DNA of 64,000 bases from Callorhinchus milii (taxonomy: Eukaryota), in assembly GCF_018977255.1 (NCBI RefSeq), contig NW_024704773.1:3348001-3412000 (forward strand). The letters run 5' to 3'. Within the stretch, counting starts at the first letter, position 1. Every line of letters starts with the position of its first letter. Made by a program: the position numbers and the translations under genes. Below, piece by piece: positions 12,395-25,699 of the stretch. The notes beneath the pieces were generated by a model. That model worked only from the letters and a program-made list of their open reading frames with translations. It did not search any database and had not been told where the DNA came from.

Positions 12395-13050
12395 TACAAA
12401 ATTACATTTGTATAGTGCCTTTCATGTCAGGAGGATGTCCAAAGGCACTGGACAGTCAGGGATTTGGACTGGAGCGGGGGAGGGGGTTGGGTTAAGGGAG
12501 GGTGGAGAGTGCCGAAAGCATGGTTGAAGAGGAGGGTATTGAGATGTGCCTTGAAGGAGGCAAGGGAGGGAGCAAAGTGAAAGGAATGTGGGATGGAGTT
12601 CCAAAGTGTGGGGATGGAGAGGCTGAAGGTGGGGAGGGCCGGGTGTGGGACGTGGAGCAGGTCGGAGCCTGCTGAGTGGAGGGAGCGGACAGGTTGATAT
12701 GGGGTTAGCAGGTCACAGAAGTAGGAAGGAGCAAGGCCGTGGAGGGCTTTGAAGGCAAGGAAGAGGATATTGAACTCTGAGGAATGGGGAGCCGGTGGAG
12801 CCGGGAGATAGTGGGGTTCATGGGGTCACAGAGCCTGGTGCCGGTGAAGACACGAGCTGCAGAGTTCTGGATGACCTGCAGCTTGTAGAGGGAAGAGTTG
12901 CGAAGGACGACAAGCAAGGAGTTGGCGTAGTTGTGATGAACGTGTGAATGAGGGTTTTGGCGGACTGAGGAGTGAGACAGTGGATGTCAGAGCGGGTTTA
13001 TGGCATGGATGTGGGGGAGAAAGGACAGTTGAGGGTCCAACAAGATGCCA
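12395..13050 (-). mobile_element. L2 LINE 3' fragment
   Basis: Minus-strand NSSLYKLQVIQNSAARV...RLH; reverse-complement L2 tail at ~12395-12450. Confidence 0.85.
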
Positions 13051-13342
13051 AGTTTTCTTTATCCCATTAATGAAGCTAAAGGTTTGTGAATTTGAAAATG
13101 TACCATTCTATACCTTCTGTAATAACAGGATTATATTGAATTATACAATTAGTACTGTCCAGCCTCGTGGTAACACACTTCAGTATACCATGGGTTCAGA
13201 TATAACATGATTAACATGATATATTATCATGGAGGTGAGCTTGCCAGCTTCCTGGTAGGGTGTGCAGGCTACCCAGGCTCCACTTGGCTCCTTGCTCCGA
13301 CACACTGCCCCGCGTAAAGGGTGCTATCCAAATTGATATTGT

Positions 13343-13710
13343 TGTTAACCCCTGCAAGCCAACAACAACAGGTCGGGTGGTCATGGATGGTCAAGCAGGG
13401 AGAAGCTTGCCAGACAATGCTCTCCATGACAAGCTATGCAGTTTTAGCTGGTTGAACTCCTTGCTTGTCGTCCCAACACACACTCTGGGATCCCCAAGCT
13501 TTGGCTCTTGCCAACCCTGCCCCTAACAGCCCTCTTGAAGTGGGTAAGCAGGCTGTGTCCCTGCAGGGAGAGAGTGCGATTCCATTCCAGACAAGGGGAC
13601 ATTTTCATGTGCAGGTGTCATACCTACATGGAACTCTCAGTCTGGTTTGGAAACTCTTTATGGATGTTGATGGGTTTCTGCATGTGTCAGACACCCCGCT
13701 GACCGAACGA
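13343..13710 (+). mobile_element. Repeat family X copy
   Basis: gttaacccctgcaagcc...agcttgccagacaatgc...gtgtcagacaccccgctgacc. Confidence 0.8.
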
Positions 13711-14042
13711 AAGGGATCCGTTACATTAGCAGTGAGTCTGGCAAGCCCTGATGATAATGAAGATAATTCACTTGATGGATCCCCAACTGTGTTATCTTGG
13801 GGCTGCACTGTTATCTGGGTCACATTTTAAGAGATAAGAGCTGCCCCACGATGACGCTTTTTATTAAACCAAACATAATTGCTTTTTCTCTCTCTCTGTT
13901 ATCAACAACAACAAGATTACATTTGTATTGCGCCTTTCACGTCGGGAGGACGTCCCTTATCTTGTCTTATGTTTATGGCTACAACTGTCACACTTACTGC
14001 TGTGCATATGACTAGCTTGTGGTAAATGACTGCCTTTTACAG

Positions 14043-14138
14043 TTCAACAGTGTAACATCAGGTGCATGAATGGAGGGAGCTGCGCAGAGGACCAGTGTCA
14101 GTGCCAGAAAGGATATATTGGAACACACTGTGGACAGC
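14043..14138 (+). CDS. FBN2: Fibrillin coding exon 4 (EGF2)
   Basis: ttttacag|TT...C|gtgagt; 96 nt; (I)[31 protein letters not shown](P). Confidence 0.97.
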
Positions 14139-14209
14139 GTGAGTAGACTTTACTGCACCAAATTTTGCTAGCCATCATCTGTGTCCTCGTCTGTCTCCCT
14201 GTCTACTAG

Positions 14210-14552
14210 CAGATCGATTTCAAGATCCTCATTCTCATTTACAAAACCCTGCATAATCTTACCCTTCCTTATATCTGTGACCTTCTACAGCCTCACCTCT
14301 CCTGCACAGCTCCTCTGAGCAGGAAATGCAGACTTTTGGTGTGTTCTCCATACATCTATTCGCCCCCCGCCCATAACCGCAGAGCCTTCAGTCACCAGAC
14401 CATGCTGCCTTCCTCAACGTCTTTGTCTCGACCCCTCTCTATCTGTCCATACAAGATGCCTGAAAAACCATGTGTATCCCTATGGTCCTGGGGTCTCTAT
14501 AAAGCACTCTGAGATATCCTATATGAAGGGCATTGTATGAATGCAAGTTGTT
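14210..14552 (+). mobile_element. Old L2 3' fragment
   Basis: ttcaagatcctc...agccttcag...tail gaagggcattgtatgaatgcaagttgtt. Confidence 0.6.
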
Positions 14553-16067
14553 TGGATAAGTTAAGGATTTCATTTCAGTATTTTCATCATTAAACCTATT
14601 TAGAACAGTGATTGTGGAAAAAATATTGAGTAAACCGTGTTTTCCAAAATATGTCCTGCAATGTTCCTTATTAGCATGCTCTATTAAGTGCATTTTCTGC
14701 CTGATCTTATGTTTTAGGACAATGGTCTGAAGACTAAAACCATGAGAAATTTTGAGTCACAATAGCTATTATTAATTTAGGCCCCAGTTTATGCCTTAGC
14801 TAAGTCTGATTCTGTCACAGTGTCCATGCACATATACTTCTGAAATAAGGCATTGGATAGCAGTGAGGAACGAGGTCTTAGCTGATGTTCCCCTTCCCTA
14901 CCCCAAAGAAATACTGAGCCCAGTTGTTGTGTAATAGTGGATGGCTGAATGTGGGAATGGTGGGCACTCAGATTATTCTGTTTGTGAGCGTAATTTTCAT
15001 AGGTCACTGATGATTTCATCACTAATGGGACAAAGCGTTTTCTTTTATGTCTAAAATAAAGAGCCCTTCTCACTTTTCTCCTTGCGTCATCTTATTTGTT
15101 ATTAGTGCTTCTATAGCACATCCTCTGCTCCTAAATGAGCTGAAGATAGCCTCCCCCCTTGCCCCCAGAGGACATTCTGAATGAGAAGGCAGAGAAGCTG
15201 GGTTTCAGTGGAGAAGTTGGAGAAGCCTGGTCCATGGTATTGAACTACCAGGCTTCAGCTTGTGGCCATTAGCTGCGGCCTTTCACAGGACATCCACTTC
15301 CGAGCAACTAGGAAGCTCCAAAAGTCGGTGTTCTGCTGACTGATAATCAAAGGCCACAATCTGTGAGCCGACAGCCCAAATACTGCAACCCAGCGACTCT
15401 GCCTTCTAACTGAGAATGGGTGGGGTGGGGGGAGGTGAAGAGGTAGTGGGAGCTGTACTCGCTTCAGTTGATTTGATATGATAAATATCACATGGATTGT
15501 AATTTTCACTCCATAGTTTCCTTCTGTCAGGTATCCAGAGATTCAGAACTTAAAAACTGGGAAATGTACAGTACGCTCCCCTTGAAGGGCCCATCCTGAG
15601 ATTTTATATTGTCCTCAGTTGACTTCATTTTCCTATTATCTTAGTATTTTGCAGAAGAGAACCATTTCATTCTCCATAGTCGTTACACATTGCACCGTGT
15701 GGTTCTGCAATAAAACCCATTCTAAGGAAACAAACTTCAGTGTAGTAGATTCAGTGGAGCACTTTCAACAAAATTAGATGCAGGTGGACATCTGTGGAGC
15801 TCACAGAGGCATTTTCTGGAATATTCTGTCACTATGCCAAGTGCTTCCCTCAGTCTACTTTTCTACATCCCTTCGCTGTTTAGAAACTGCTGTTCCGCCC
15901 ACAAAATAATAAGTCAATCCACTTTACAGTATATTCTATGAAGCGCTTTGAGATGTCTTGATGAAGTGATAAGGCGCTATATCAAATGTAAGGATTATTA
16001 ATATTATTGTATTACAGACCTGACTACTTGTCACAGTGAAGCATTGACATTTCTCTTTGTGTTGCAG

Positions 16068-16163
16068 CTGTCTGTGAAAATGGGTGCCAGAATGGTGGCC
16101 GGTGCATTGGGCCTAATCGTTGTGCCTGCGTGTATGGATTTACTGGCCCACAGTGCGAAAGAG
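16068..16163 (+). CDS. FBN2: Fibrillin coding exon 5 (EGF3)
   Basis: gttgcag|CT...G|gtaaaa; 96 nt; [31 protein letters not shown]. Confidence 0.97.
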
Positions 16164-18243
16164 GTAAAACATTTCCATTGCCTTTTCTTCAGGCATATTC
16201 AATGAGTACAGTAACTAAGAAGAGTAATTGAAAGACTGTGACCGAGTCAATTTACTGAGATAAAGTGATGATCTGGAAATCTGGGAACAGACACATTCTA
16301 GACCTTCTTCGGGTGCGATAGAACTCGATAGAACTCGAACCCTATTGCAATGTCTTGCATCTTGTTTCTATTAATTAATCTGCTGCTTTAGCGGCATAAA
16401 CTCAATGTCGGTGTTATTGGGCATGCAAGATCAAATGTAATGCACTACTTACCAGCACATTGCTGTTCCCTGCAGTTCACATAGCGTTGCTGTGGCACTA
16501 AACCTCATCAAAAAAAAGAATATGCCACTTCTAAAAATTACCAGGTACCTTAACAATGATTTGACTTACATAGCATCTTTCATGTTGAATGAATGCCTCA
16601 AAATGCTCAACAATTGTTATGAGTATCAGGGAGAAAAGAGTACCAAAGACTAGGACCTAAAGCATAGTATCAAATATTTAATGCATGTATTATTTGTGAA
16701 TTAACTTTATTGTTGCAGTCTGATCTGATTGATTCCTTTTGCCCTCATTTTTTTCTGGTAACATGTATTGATATTTGCCCGAAGTACTTGGTTAAGCTGT
16801 TAATGCTGGCTTGCCTGCGAGTGGCATTTCTGTGGTCATGCCATCTCAAAATTAAGACAAATGGGAACAGCAAAGCTAAATAAATGTAGAAACCCATTGT
16901 CTTCACCTCCGATTTACCTTGTAAATGGAAAACCTTCACCTGTAAGACAAATGCAGTGGAAGTTCTTTAGAATCATTGCTGAATAAGTTCTTTACTCAAT
17001 GCTGAAAGAGACAGGACACGTGAATCCATGACTTTACTGACACCTATCTACACAATCACTAAATATAATTACATAATGGGATGGTGCCCAACCATGTGGG
17101 TCTTGGCTCCTTCACCTCAGTTTCTCAGTTTTGAAAAAAAGGATTACTTGCACGTCAATAGAAAAACTTCACAGTGTCATTTTTTTGTTGGTTTTACTTT
17201 GTTGAACTCAATGTACAAGTAAGCAGACTTTATTACGATGATGTGGGTTATGTAATATTTTTGAGGCAATTAGGTCAAGACTCTCAGATTGGATTTATAT
17301 GTTTTATTCTTGGAATATTATAACAAAGCTGAATAATGACATAAGCACAGCATACATACAACTCTCTCTGAATGATTTATCTTACAACCATTATTTCTCT
17401 GAAACTGAAAGGCTTCAGTTCATCTCTTTCTTTTCCAGAATATGTAAGTATCACAAAATGCCAGGAAAAGTTTGAACTATTAATGTTAAACTGATGTATG
17501 ATTTGCTCCCCTATATTACATTTATCAACCCCTAGAATTCGTAAAAATTGCTCCCTTTTACAGTGTTTATAAAAGTTGATGGTGATATAACTCAAACAGT
17601 CGGTGCCGCTGTATTTAAATAAAGAACCCATTTGGTGACAGAGACAAGACAAGAAAATGCCATTCTCAGCATGAGTGATAAGGTTTAATTTGAAAGAGGG
17701 GCAAGTCCTTTGATGTGGTTTCTTTCATGTTTTCCATGGTTTGGTTTTCAAAGTTAGACATCTCACTTATTTTTGCTTCTTTGCAACAATAGTTTCATAT
17801 TATCAGAAGAAAGCAATGCAAAGAAAATGTTTCAATACAATAGCGTTGTAGTTCTCAGTCTTTGGCCTTCTTCCACCCTCCCAAAAAATGGAAAATATCG
17901 TAACTCCTTTGGCATCATTCCCAGTGAATTTCCTGGCCTGAGGAAGACGGCAGATGGCGTCTCTATTGCAGCTGTGCATAGCGGATGCAGACTGCAGCAA
18001 GTGAAATGATAATAGCAGAGTGTATAAGTGGCTCAAAGAAACCACATTAAAGACTTGGCCTTTAGGAGGCTGAGTGTAGCCTGACCTGCTTGCTCATCCT
18101 TACCACACTGTGGTGCAGATGTAGATCTTGTCTTAGTACTTCGTAGACTTATAGCAGGAGTGAGCACCAATACAAACACAAAATCCAACTTCAAATATTT
18201 TCAGAGTGTTCTGGAAAAAGGCAATCTCTTGAAAACCCAGTTT

Positions 18244-18569
18244 AATAAAATAAAAAATAATAATCCTTGCATTTGATATAGTGCTTTTCACGTCTTCCAG
18301 ACGTCTCAAAGTGCTTCACAGAATATACTGTAAAGTGAATTGACCGTACATTTTGTGGGTGAAACACGGCAGACATTTGTGCACAGCAGTGTCCCACAAG
18401 CAGTCATAGATTGAAGTGACCAATTTATTATTGTGTTTGTTTTCTTGAGCGATTATTATCAGGCGTTTGGAGCAAGGAAACTTGCCCAGGGTTTTGCCCT
18501 GCCGGGAATCGAACCCAGTTCTCTCGCTTGACAGACGAGTGCTCTAACCACTGAGCTACAGGACTCCAC
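18244..18569 (-). mobile_element. tRNA-derived SINE, full length, short subfamily
   Basis: Minus strand GTGGAGTCCTGTAGCTCAGTGGTTAGAGC (A box), GGTTCGATTCC (B box), (ATT)n tail. Confidence 0.9.
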
Positions 18570-18624
18570 AGTTTCACTCCTGAGACTAGGGATGAGTGTT
18601 TTAACCTGTGAGCAGAGACTAGAA

Positions 18625-18935
18625 GAAGTTATTCTCTTTTCATTAGAATGGAGAATATTGACAGCAGCCCTGCTTGAAATCTTTAAAATTATGAGGGGAT
18701 TTGATAGTATTGATAGGGAGAAATTATTCATATTGAATTAATAAATTAGTGATTAGAGGGCATCAATTTAAAGTAATTAGCAAAAGAGAACATCAGGAGG
18801 ATTGTTTTACACACATATATTTGTTTAAATGCGGAATGCCCTGTCTAATGTAATAGTCAAGGCAGGATCCATATTAGTTTTCAAGAGGGAACTAGATAAA
18901 TATTTAAGAGGAATAATTTAAGGGGAGATGGGGTA
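18625..18935 (+). mobile_element. Degraded CR1 3' fragment
   Basis: tttaaaattatgaggggatttgatag...agagggcatcaatttaaag...ttcaagagggaactagat, the CR1 ORF2 C-terminal pattern. Confidence 0.65.
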
Positions 18936-19024
18936 AAATGCATGTAAATGCGACCAAATAGATTGCTTACTTTGCTGCTGCAAAGTTCTCTGTTTCTACG
19001 TAATAAAATTACATAGAAAACACG

Positions 19025-19356
19025 GGAAGCAGCTGCAGGGAGGGAAGGCTTGCCAGATAGTGCTTTCAATGCTAAGCTCTACAGTTTTAGCTAGTTAGAC
19101 TTCAGCAGTGTCCTAACGCACACTCTGGGGTCCCCAGGGCATGGTTCTTGGCAACCTGCACCCTAATACTCTCCGGAATTAGCTAAGCAGGATGCGTCTC
19201 TCCAAGGAGACAGTGCACATTCCATTCCAATAAATATCTTTGGAATTTCCATGTGATACATAGAACTGTCAGGTTTGGTTTGGATACTCTTAAGCATGAT
19301 AATGGGTTTCCGCATATGTCAGACACCTGGCTGACCAAAACAAAATGCAATAAAAT
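19025..19356 (+). mobile_element. Repeat family X copy
   Basis: Ends gtcagacacctggctgaccaaaacaaaat. Confidence 0.8.
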
Positions 19357-19917
19357 GATGTATCAGATTCCTAGGCTTTCTGTTGTTCCTTTGTCCCAAG
19401 TTACAGGTGTTGGTATTTGCACAATTTGTGGTGCATCAACATGCCTCACCATGAGGCTGCTTTATGAGTAAAATGTAACATACAGAAATAATGTGAATTA
19501 TTTTTCTACTCCAGTGAGTTTAAGTTTGGAAATCTCTCAACGAAGGAAAGAGTTAATTGTTGAACGCACTATAATTTGGGGCCTAGATACACATAGGTCA
19601 TCGCTTTATCGTTAGCTATAAATTAGGAATTTGAAAGGATTTTTTTTAACTAAGAATAAATGGGGCCTCTTGAAAGTTTGTGATGTGAACACAGTGCATG
19701 CCTAATCCTAATCCTTATTTCACATACAAACGTCTCTCCATGTCATTACTACAATCCCCTCATTATTATCAAATTGATTCTAGGGAAGTGGGCATGGTGG
19801 TGGTTTATTTGATATGTGAAGCAGACAGGATGATTAATTCATGATTTGGAGTGAGTTTTCTAATTTAAAATATCTGTCCTTATCACTACTGAAGGAATGG
19901 CAGACATTACGGAGAAT

Positions 19918-20312
19918 GAATAATAATAATCCTTATATTTGATAATCAATTCTTATCACATTGTCGTGAAGTCTCCCGAGAGCTTTACAGGATTTTACTG
20001 TAAAGTGAAGTGACTTTGTGTTTTCTAGGTGAATGTGGCATACAATTTATGCACAGCAATGCCCCACAGATACCAATTTAATGTCTCATTCAAAGGACAC
20101 CTTCAACAATGCACTGAACTGGATTTCAGGCCTAGACTATGAGCTCAAATTCCCAATGTGGGATTGAACTCACAACTTGCTGACAATAACTTGCTGACAA
20201 GAGCGTCAGGAGTGTCAGCCTTGATGATATGGGTTCAGACTCCCAGCTTGAAACCTGAACCCATAACCTTCTCACTCAGGTGAGAGTGCTTAACAACTGA
20301 GCCAGTCTGACA
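19918..20312 (-). mobile_element. Degraded DeuSINE-like SINE
   Basis: Reverse-complement tail, Deu-like core and tRNA-like head (aactgagcc, gaacccataaccttct). Confidence 0.6.
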
Positions 20313-23179
20313 CTAGTCTATTTCCTTCCTGAATGAGTTTATGCAACTGCTTATATGAAAAATGTTTAGTCAAAGAATTCTTGATTAACCTGGTGCAAAA
20401 ACAACTCTTGGAGGCGCTGTATGTTGGATTTTCCACTGGAGAAGATTTGCTGATGTACTTTATGATTCTGTCTCTGGCTGACGCTCATTGTACTGCTAGG
20501 GTATAGAAAGTGAGCAGTACTTTCAGATAGGTCAAGGCAGCAGAGCAAGATGGCACTTAGTTCAGAGTTGTGAAGGACAATTTTAGAACAGAGATCAGGA
20601 AATATCTTTTACATATTGGGTAATCAACAGCTGATTCTAGTTTTGCCCTTCATTACCAACTTTCTCTAAACTTTTCAGGTTTAGAGACAATCTTCTGCTT
20701 CTTCTTAATGATCTGTCTGCCTGAACCACTTTGTTTTTTAAATCCAGATAGAGACACAGTTTGGGAGAATGTAATGTTATTAAATAAATTCCCTTGGGCT
20801 GAATTTTCGGTCTGAATAACAAGCACCAGGAAGAACAAACCATCTTTTCTCTGTTCTTTTCCAAATTCTAGCAAGGACAATAACCAGTAGAGGTGATAGA
20901 GGCCCTAATACTAGACCGAGAAGGATTAATTTCAGGGAAACAACAGGATTAACAGTATGGTATCACGCAAAATTATCCCCAAAGATCTGTTGTGATAACA
21001 CTTTAACATTAGTGGTGGTGTGTGTGTGCTGTGGAAGTTGACCCTTTATGTACTTTTCTCAGTTATTAATATATTCACAAATAACCAGATACTGTGTGCT
21101 GGCATTTCTGTACAAAACAATTTTGTTTCATCTCAGAATATGCTAGCAGCAAAAGAAATCTTGTAGGCGTTATTGTGATGAGAGAATATTTTTGAGGGAA
21201 TTAAAAGAGGATAAAAAACACAGACCTTAAGTACCTTTTACCCTTGGAATACTAGAACAAATATCCTTGCAGAATTGGGAAGAAATTACACTCTGGTCTA
21301 GATTTATGTAATTGACGTAGCATTGCACACCAGCCAGAATTTAGCAAATTCTTCAACGCAGCTTTCATTTAGAAGCTGGTTTAATGTAAGTTCTTTTAAC
21401 AACTACAAAAAAACTGCTTCAGAGGTAAGACTTTGAGAAGTAAGAGTAAATCTAGACCGTGGTGGAATTTCTTCCCAACTGGTGCATTGAGGTCCTTTCC
21501 CAGAGAGATTGGCAAAATGTGGAGAGGACGCTCTTAAAGTAGAAAAAGGCACTTTGTAGAGGCTATTAAATCAACGTAATGTATCCGATAGCTATGATTC
21601 AGACTGCTGGGGAGGGAATTATTAGCCTTTGCAACAAGGCCATTCATTCCCTCCACTTCTGCCTCCTACTCCCTGGTTCCATCTCTGTCAATTCACATTT
21701 CACACAACTCTTCAACATTTGAATCAGTCAAACGCGCATAAAATTGGTCTTTGAAGCACTTCAAAGGATTTCGAATGTCTACATTTTTTTTCATCTCTGG
21801 CCACAATTCTTTAGATTATTTTATCCATTTTACATTGCCATAACAAAAGTCTTGTGTTATTGAATCATCGCTCGATTTGGCAAAAACACCGATGTAGTAA
21901 AGTCCTAAGAATTGTTGCTTTCCTTGCAGTGTTTAGTTTGCTGTCCAACTTCAGCTCTATCCTCATTTATCGTCCTGCTGAGAAGACCTGTTGCTTCAGG
22001 CTGCTTCTCCTACATATTCGGCTTTGTTCAGTTGTCATGTATTTACATACCAGCTTTGTAAGTTACACTAATCAGTATCCCTATGGCTAATAAGTATTTA
22101 GTAAAGGGAGGAGACATCATTGCAATGAATAGTTTCCTGAAAGGGCCTATAAAAGTGAATCAGTGCATTCCTGTGCAGTGATGTACTGGTTTAGGCTATC
22201 TAGGAAATGTCAAGATGCCTTGCTATCGAGCTGTATCTATTGACACTGCAATCCATTCTAAATATATCCACAGGCATCAGTGTACTTTGTTTTTTCAGGA
22301 AACGGAAGGAGAGTTTCCTTATGTCGAGGTTTATTGAATGGCTTGCTTAATTAGGAGAAGTGAAAAACGAGCACTGACAAAACCCTGAGTCATTCTGGGT
22401 TTAAATCTCAAGATTTACATTTCCTAGAGTTTTTCTTTGCTTAGTAAATCTGAGGTTTTTATGGTTTATGTCAAATATTGAATGAGGGCATAAGCTTTCT
22501 ACCTCTTTTAGACGAAATGCTGCAGGGCCATCTGGCAAAGGGACATAGGAGGTTGTTGTTATAGTCTGGCTCACTTCTCTACATTAAACAGCGGTCACAG
22601 TGCAAGCAGCCAATGATCATGGAATGAAGGAACATTACAAGGTAAAATCAACCAGAAGGCCAGATGATGATTGCTAGCTGTAAGAGGTTCAGTTTGTTGG
22701 ATACAAACTTGTGGGCAACGGCCACTTTCTATGAGGTGGAATTGGGACTCAGACCACGTTTATATTGCAATGGTGTCATGTAAATGAGGCAGCAATGGCG
22801 CTATCTCCAGAGGCACCAAGTACTGTGCCCAAAGGCAAATTTTCTTCCTGCTTCTAGAAAGAGCAAGGTAAGCAATGGGCTTATGTTGCCTCTGGTGCTG
22901 CTAACTGTTACTTCCTCTGGCTGTGGACTAGCCCACTCATACAGCTTAGTGGTTGCTCTAACACTGGTCTGTACACAGATGCTTCATTATAATGATGGTC
23001 TGCAGCAGCAAACGGGGGAAGGGCAGTTCTTTAGACTTAGTATAACCTTAATGTAACAGCTACCGTTTGTAGGAATTTATGGTTGGAACAGTAGTCGGCA
23101 GCTTCTTCTGCATTGGACAAAGCAGACTAGCATTGTATGGAATAAACTGGCTTTCTCCTTTCTCTCCCACATCCGTTCT

Positions 23180-23582
23180 AGATCGAGTTCTAAATTCTCA
23201 TCCTCACCTTCAAGGCTCTCAATAGCCTTGCCCCTCCTACCTCTTTGACCTGCTAACCCCTTATCAACCTATCCCCTCTCTCCGCTCAGCAGGCTCTGCC
23301 CTAGTCCATATCTCCTGCCCAGCTCACCCCACCATGGGCCTTCAGCCTTGCTGCCCCACCCTCTGAAACTCCATCCCACATTCTCTTCGCTCCCCCCTTG
23401 TCTCCTACAAGGCACGTGTCAAGACTCTCCTCTTCGACCATGCTTTCAGCCACCCTCCTACCCTTTCTGCCCTCCCTGCTCCCAACCCCCCTCCCCCGCT
23501 CAGGTCCTAATCCCTGACTGTTCAGCACCTTGGGACGTCCTCCCAATGTGAAAGGCGCTTTACAAATGTAATTTAGCATTGT
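23180..23582 (+). mobile_element. L2 LINE 3' fragment
   Basis: Homologous to 4960-5378; tail tgggacgtcctcccaatgtgaaaggcgct. Confidence 0.85.
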
Positions 23583-23639
23583 ATTTTAGTGTAGAATGGG
23601 ATTGAGTTGAATAGACTGAAACAATGAATAAGATATGAG

Positions 23640-24150
23640 CTCTCCTGGTGGATGGCTTGGTGTGGTACTCAGCCAAATAGATTAGGAAGGCTCCAGGTTC
23701 AATCCCTGGCGTGTGTGTCTCTGTGTCTGTGAATTATAATCCAGATTTTGTAGGCCAGATTTGTTTGTGTGTCTGTGAATGCAAGTTTCTACGTGTGAGT
23801 ATGTGTGCCCAGGACCGTGGGACGTCTTCCTAACGTGAAAGGCGCAATGCATGTGTAATTTGTTGTTGCTGTTGTGTGTGTACATGCGTGCATGTGTGTA
23901 TGTCTTTGTCTGTGTCTGAGCGTGCATCTGTGCATGTGTCTGTGTGTATATCGGTAGGCTTGCGTGTGTGTCTCTATTAGTTTGTTCTTGGACAGGATTG
24001 TGCCTTGGCTGTGATTCCATCTCAGATCCCCCCACAACTCTGTAGGCAACTAATTTGCCAATACCTGAGGTTCCAAAGTGCTGCTCGGTTGCCAGCATGA
24101 CACATGACCTTCAGGAAAAGAAAAATAATGGGGGAGGGATGGTGGGGAAA
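23640..24150 (+). mobile_element. Second, older SINE family with internal TG-rich expansion and an inserted L2 tail (~23810-23873)
   Basis: ccaggttcaatccctggc B-box-like head; ggacaggattgtgccttggctgtgat core also seen at ~34110, ~51160 and ~59285. Confidence 0.5.
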
Positions 24151-25699
24151 GAATTGTCTAATAAAATAGAATGGACAGACTATGGAATTGAATAGAATAT
24201 TAACAATTCTGTTTAACTTTTTTTATTCAGTCAAACACTTGTTCTACTTAATTCCTAACTGAATATAATAAACTAGAAAAGGATTTGATTGCCATGTTCC
24301 CTCTAAACATCACTTTCTACTCTGTGTGGCCTAGTGTTATTTTGCAATATTGCCTAATAATATTAATAATCCCTGAATTTGATATAGCACCTTTCACTTT
24401 GGTGGATGTCTCAAAGCACGTCACATGATTTACTGCAAAGTGCAGTGACCGTGTTTCGTACGTCAGCATCAATGGTAGAAAAAAATCGATGGCACTAGCA
24501 AATGGAGCAAAACACATTTAATACAAATGATAGCACTCAGAGATGCAATGTAGGGTGTATAAACATTCAAGTTATTGTTGTTGTTAATAGTGGTGGTGGT
24601 ACAAGATTGCAGGCAGTAAATCAGTCTCAGGATTCAAGTGACTTAACAAACAACTTGAATACCCTTGCGGTTTACAACACAAGCTGATTTGAATTACTGT
24701 GTGACATTCCCCTCCCATCCATTCAGATCCCTCTATAGAATGCAATCAACAGTAAAACAGAATAAAGAAGACTGCAGGATAGAATAAAAGGAAGTAGAAT
24801 GGTTGACTAAATGGTGGTTAGTAGTTAGAGTCTTCTGAGTGGGAATGAGAATGGACCTTTCTTTGGCTGACATTGATTTACGAGACCAGTGTTAGCCCTT
24901 GCATTTCGTTTTTAAATTTCAAAGCCTGGTTTGTTAGTGAGTTGAACTGCGGAGAAGGCTCTCCGGCATGGCCCAGTAGGCTTTGCTTATTGTGCTTTCC
25001 AAGCGTAAACTATGGTATTTCCATCTGCACTTACCCTTACAAGATTGGTTGTTCACTTCATGGGTCTTTGGAGGACTCTGCACATCTGTGCGCAAATTGG
25101 CTGCCACATTTGCCTACGAAATGCATAGTCACTGCACTTTACAGTATATCCTGTGAAGCGCTTTGAGACTTTCTCCGATTGTGAAAGGTGCTCTGTCAAA
25201 TGCAAGGATTATCATTGGCAATTATTGTTAATGAGAATATAATCACTTTCATATTGTCGACGTGTGGAGAGGAAAAGCAGAACAGGTTCCATAGTGTGAA
25301 AACCACAAGTAATAATATCCAATTTGCAACACACATTAAAAAAAATTAGGATTTCAAGGATAGTTACAAAGCAAAAACACTTATTTTAGAACTTGTGACT
25401 AAGTGACTTAGAACTTGGCAGGGTGGGATTGGACTGGTGTGGGCTACTGTCTGAATGGTCTGTCTCTCCTTGGTCTATTTCTCAGATCAATGTACTCACT
25501 ACTCAAATGTGCACCTATAAATGTGAGTTTAGGACGTAAAATACAACAGCAATCATTTTACATTTATATAGCATTTTCACATCACATAATCCTTCACGTC
25601 TCAAAGCATTTCACAGAGCCGACTAGGAGCCTGAGCGAAGGGAGGGTGGGGGAGGGAAATGTGACCAAAGGCATGATCAAAAACAAAGGTCTTAAGGTA

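Noticed and set aside
12123-12527. ORF-track versions of fibrillin exons (12123-12527, 56067-56432) as complete genes
   Set aside because: Only the splice-bounded parts are fibrillin; the rest is intronic read-through.
18490-18569. Apparent tRNA genes (also ~28600, ~35920, 54590, 63574)
   Set aside because: These are SINE heads: no proper acceptor stem or poly-T terminator, and each runs into a SINE body.
22790-22820. CTCF-like motifs (also ~20540) and scattered AP-1 TGAGTCA sites
   Set aside because: Partial or short matches expected by chance in 64 kb.
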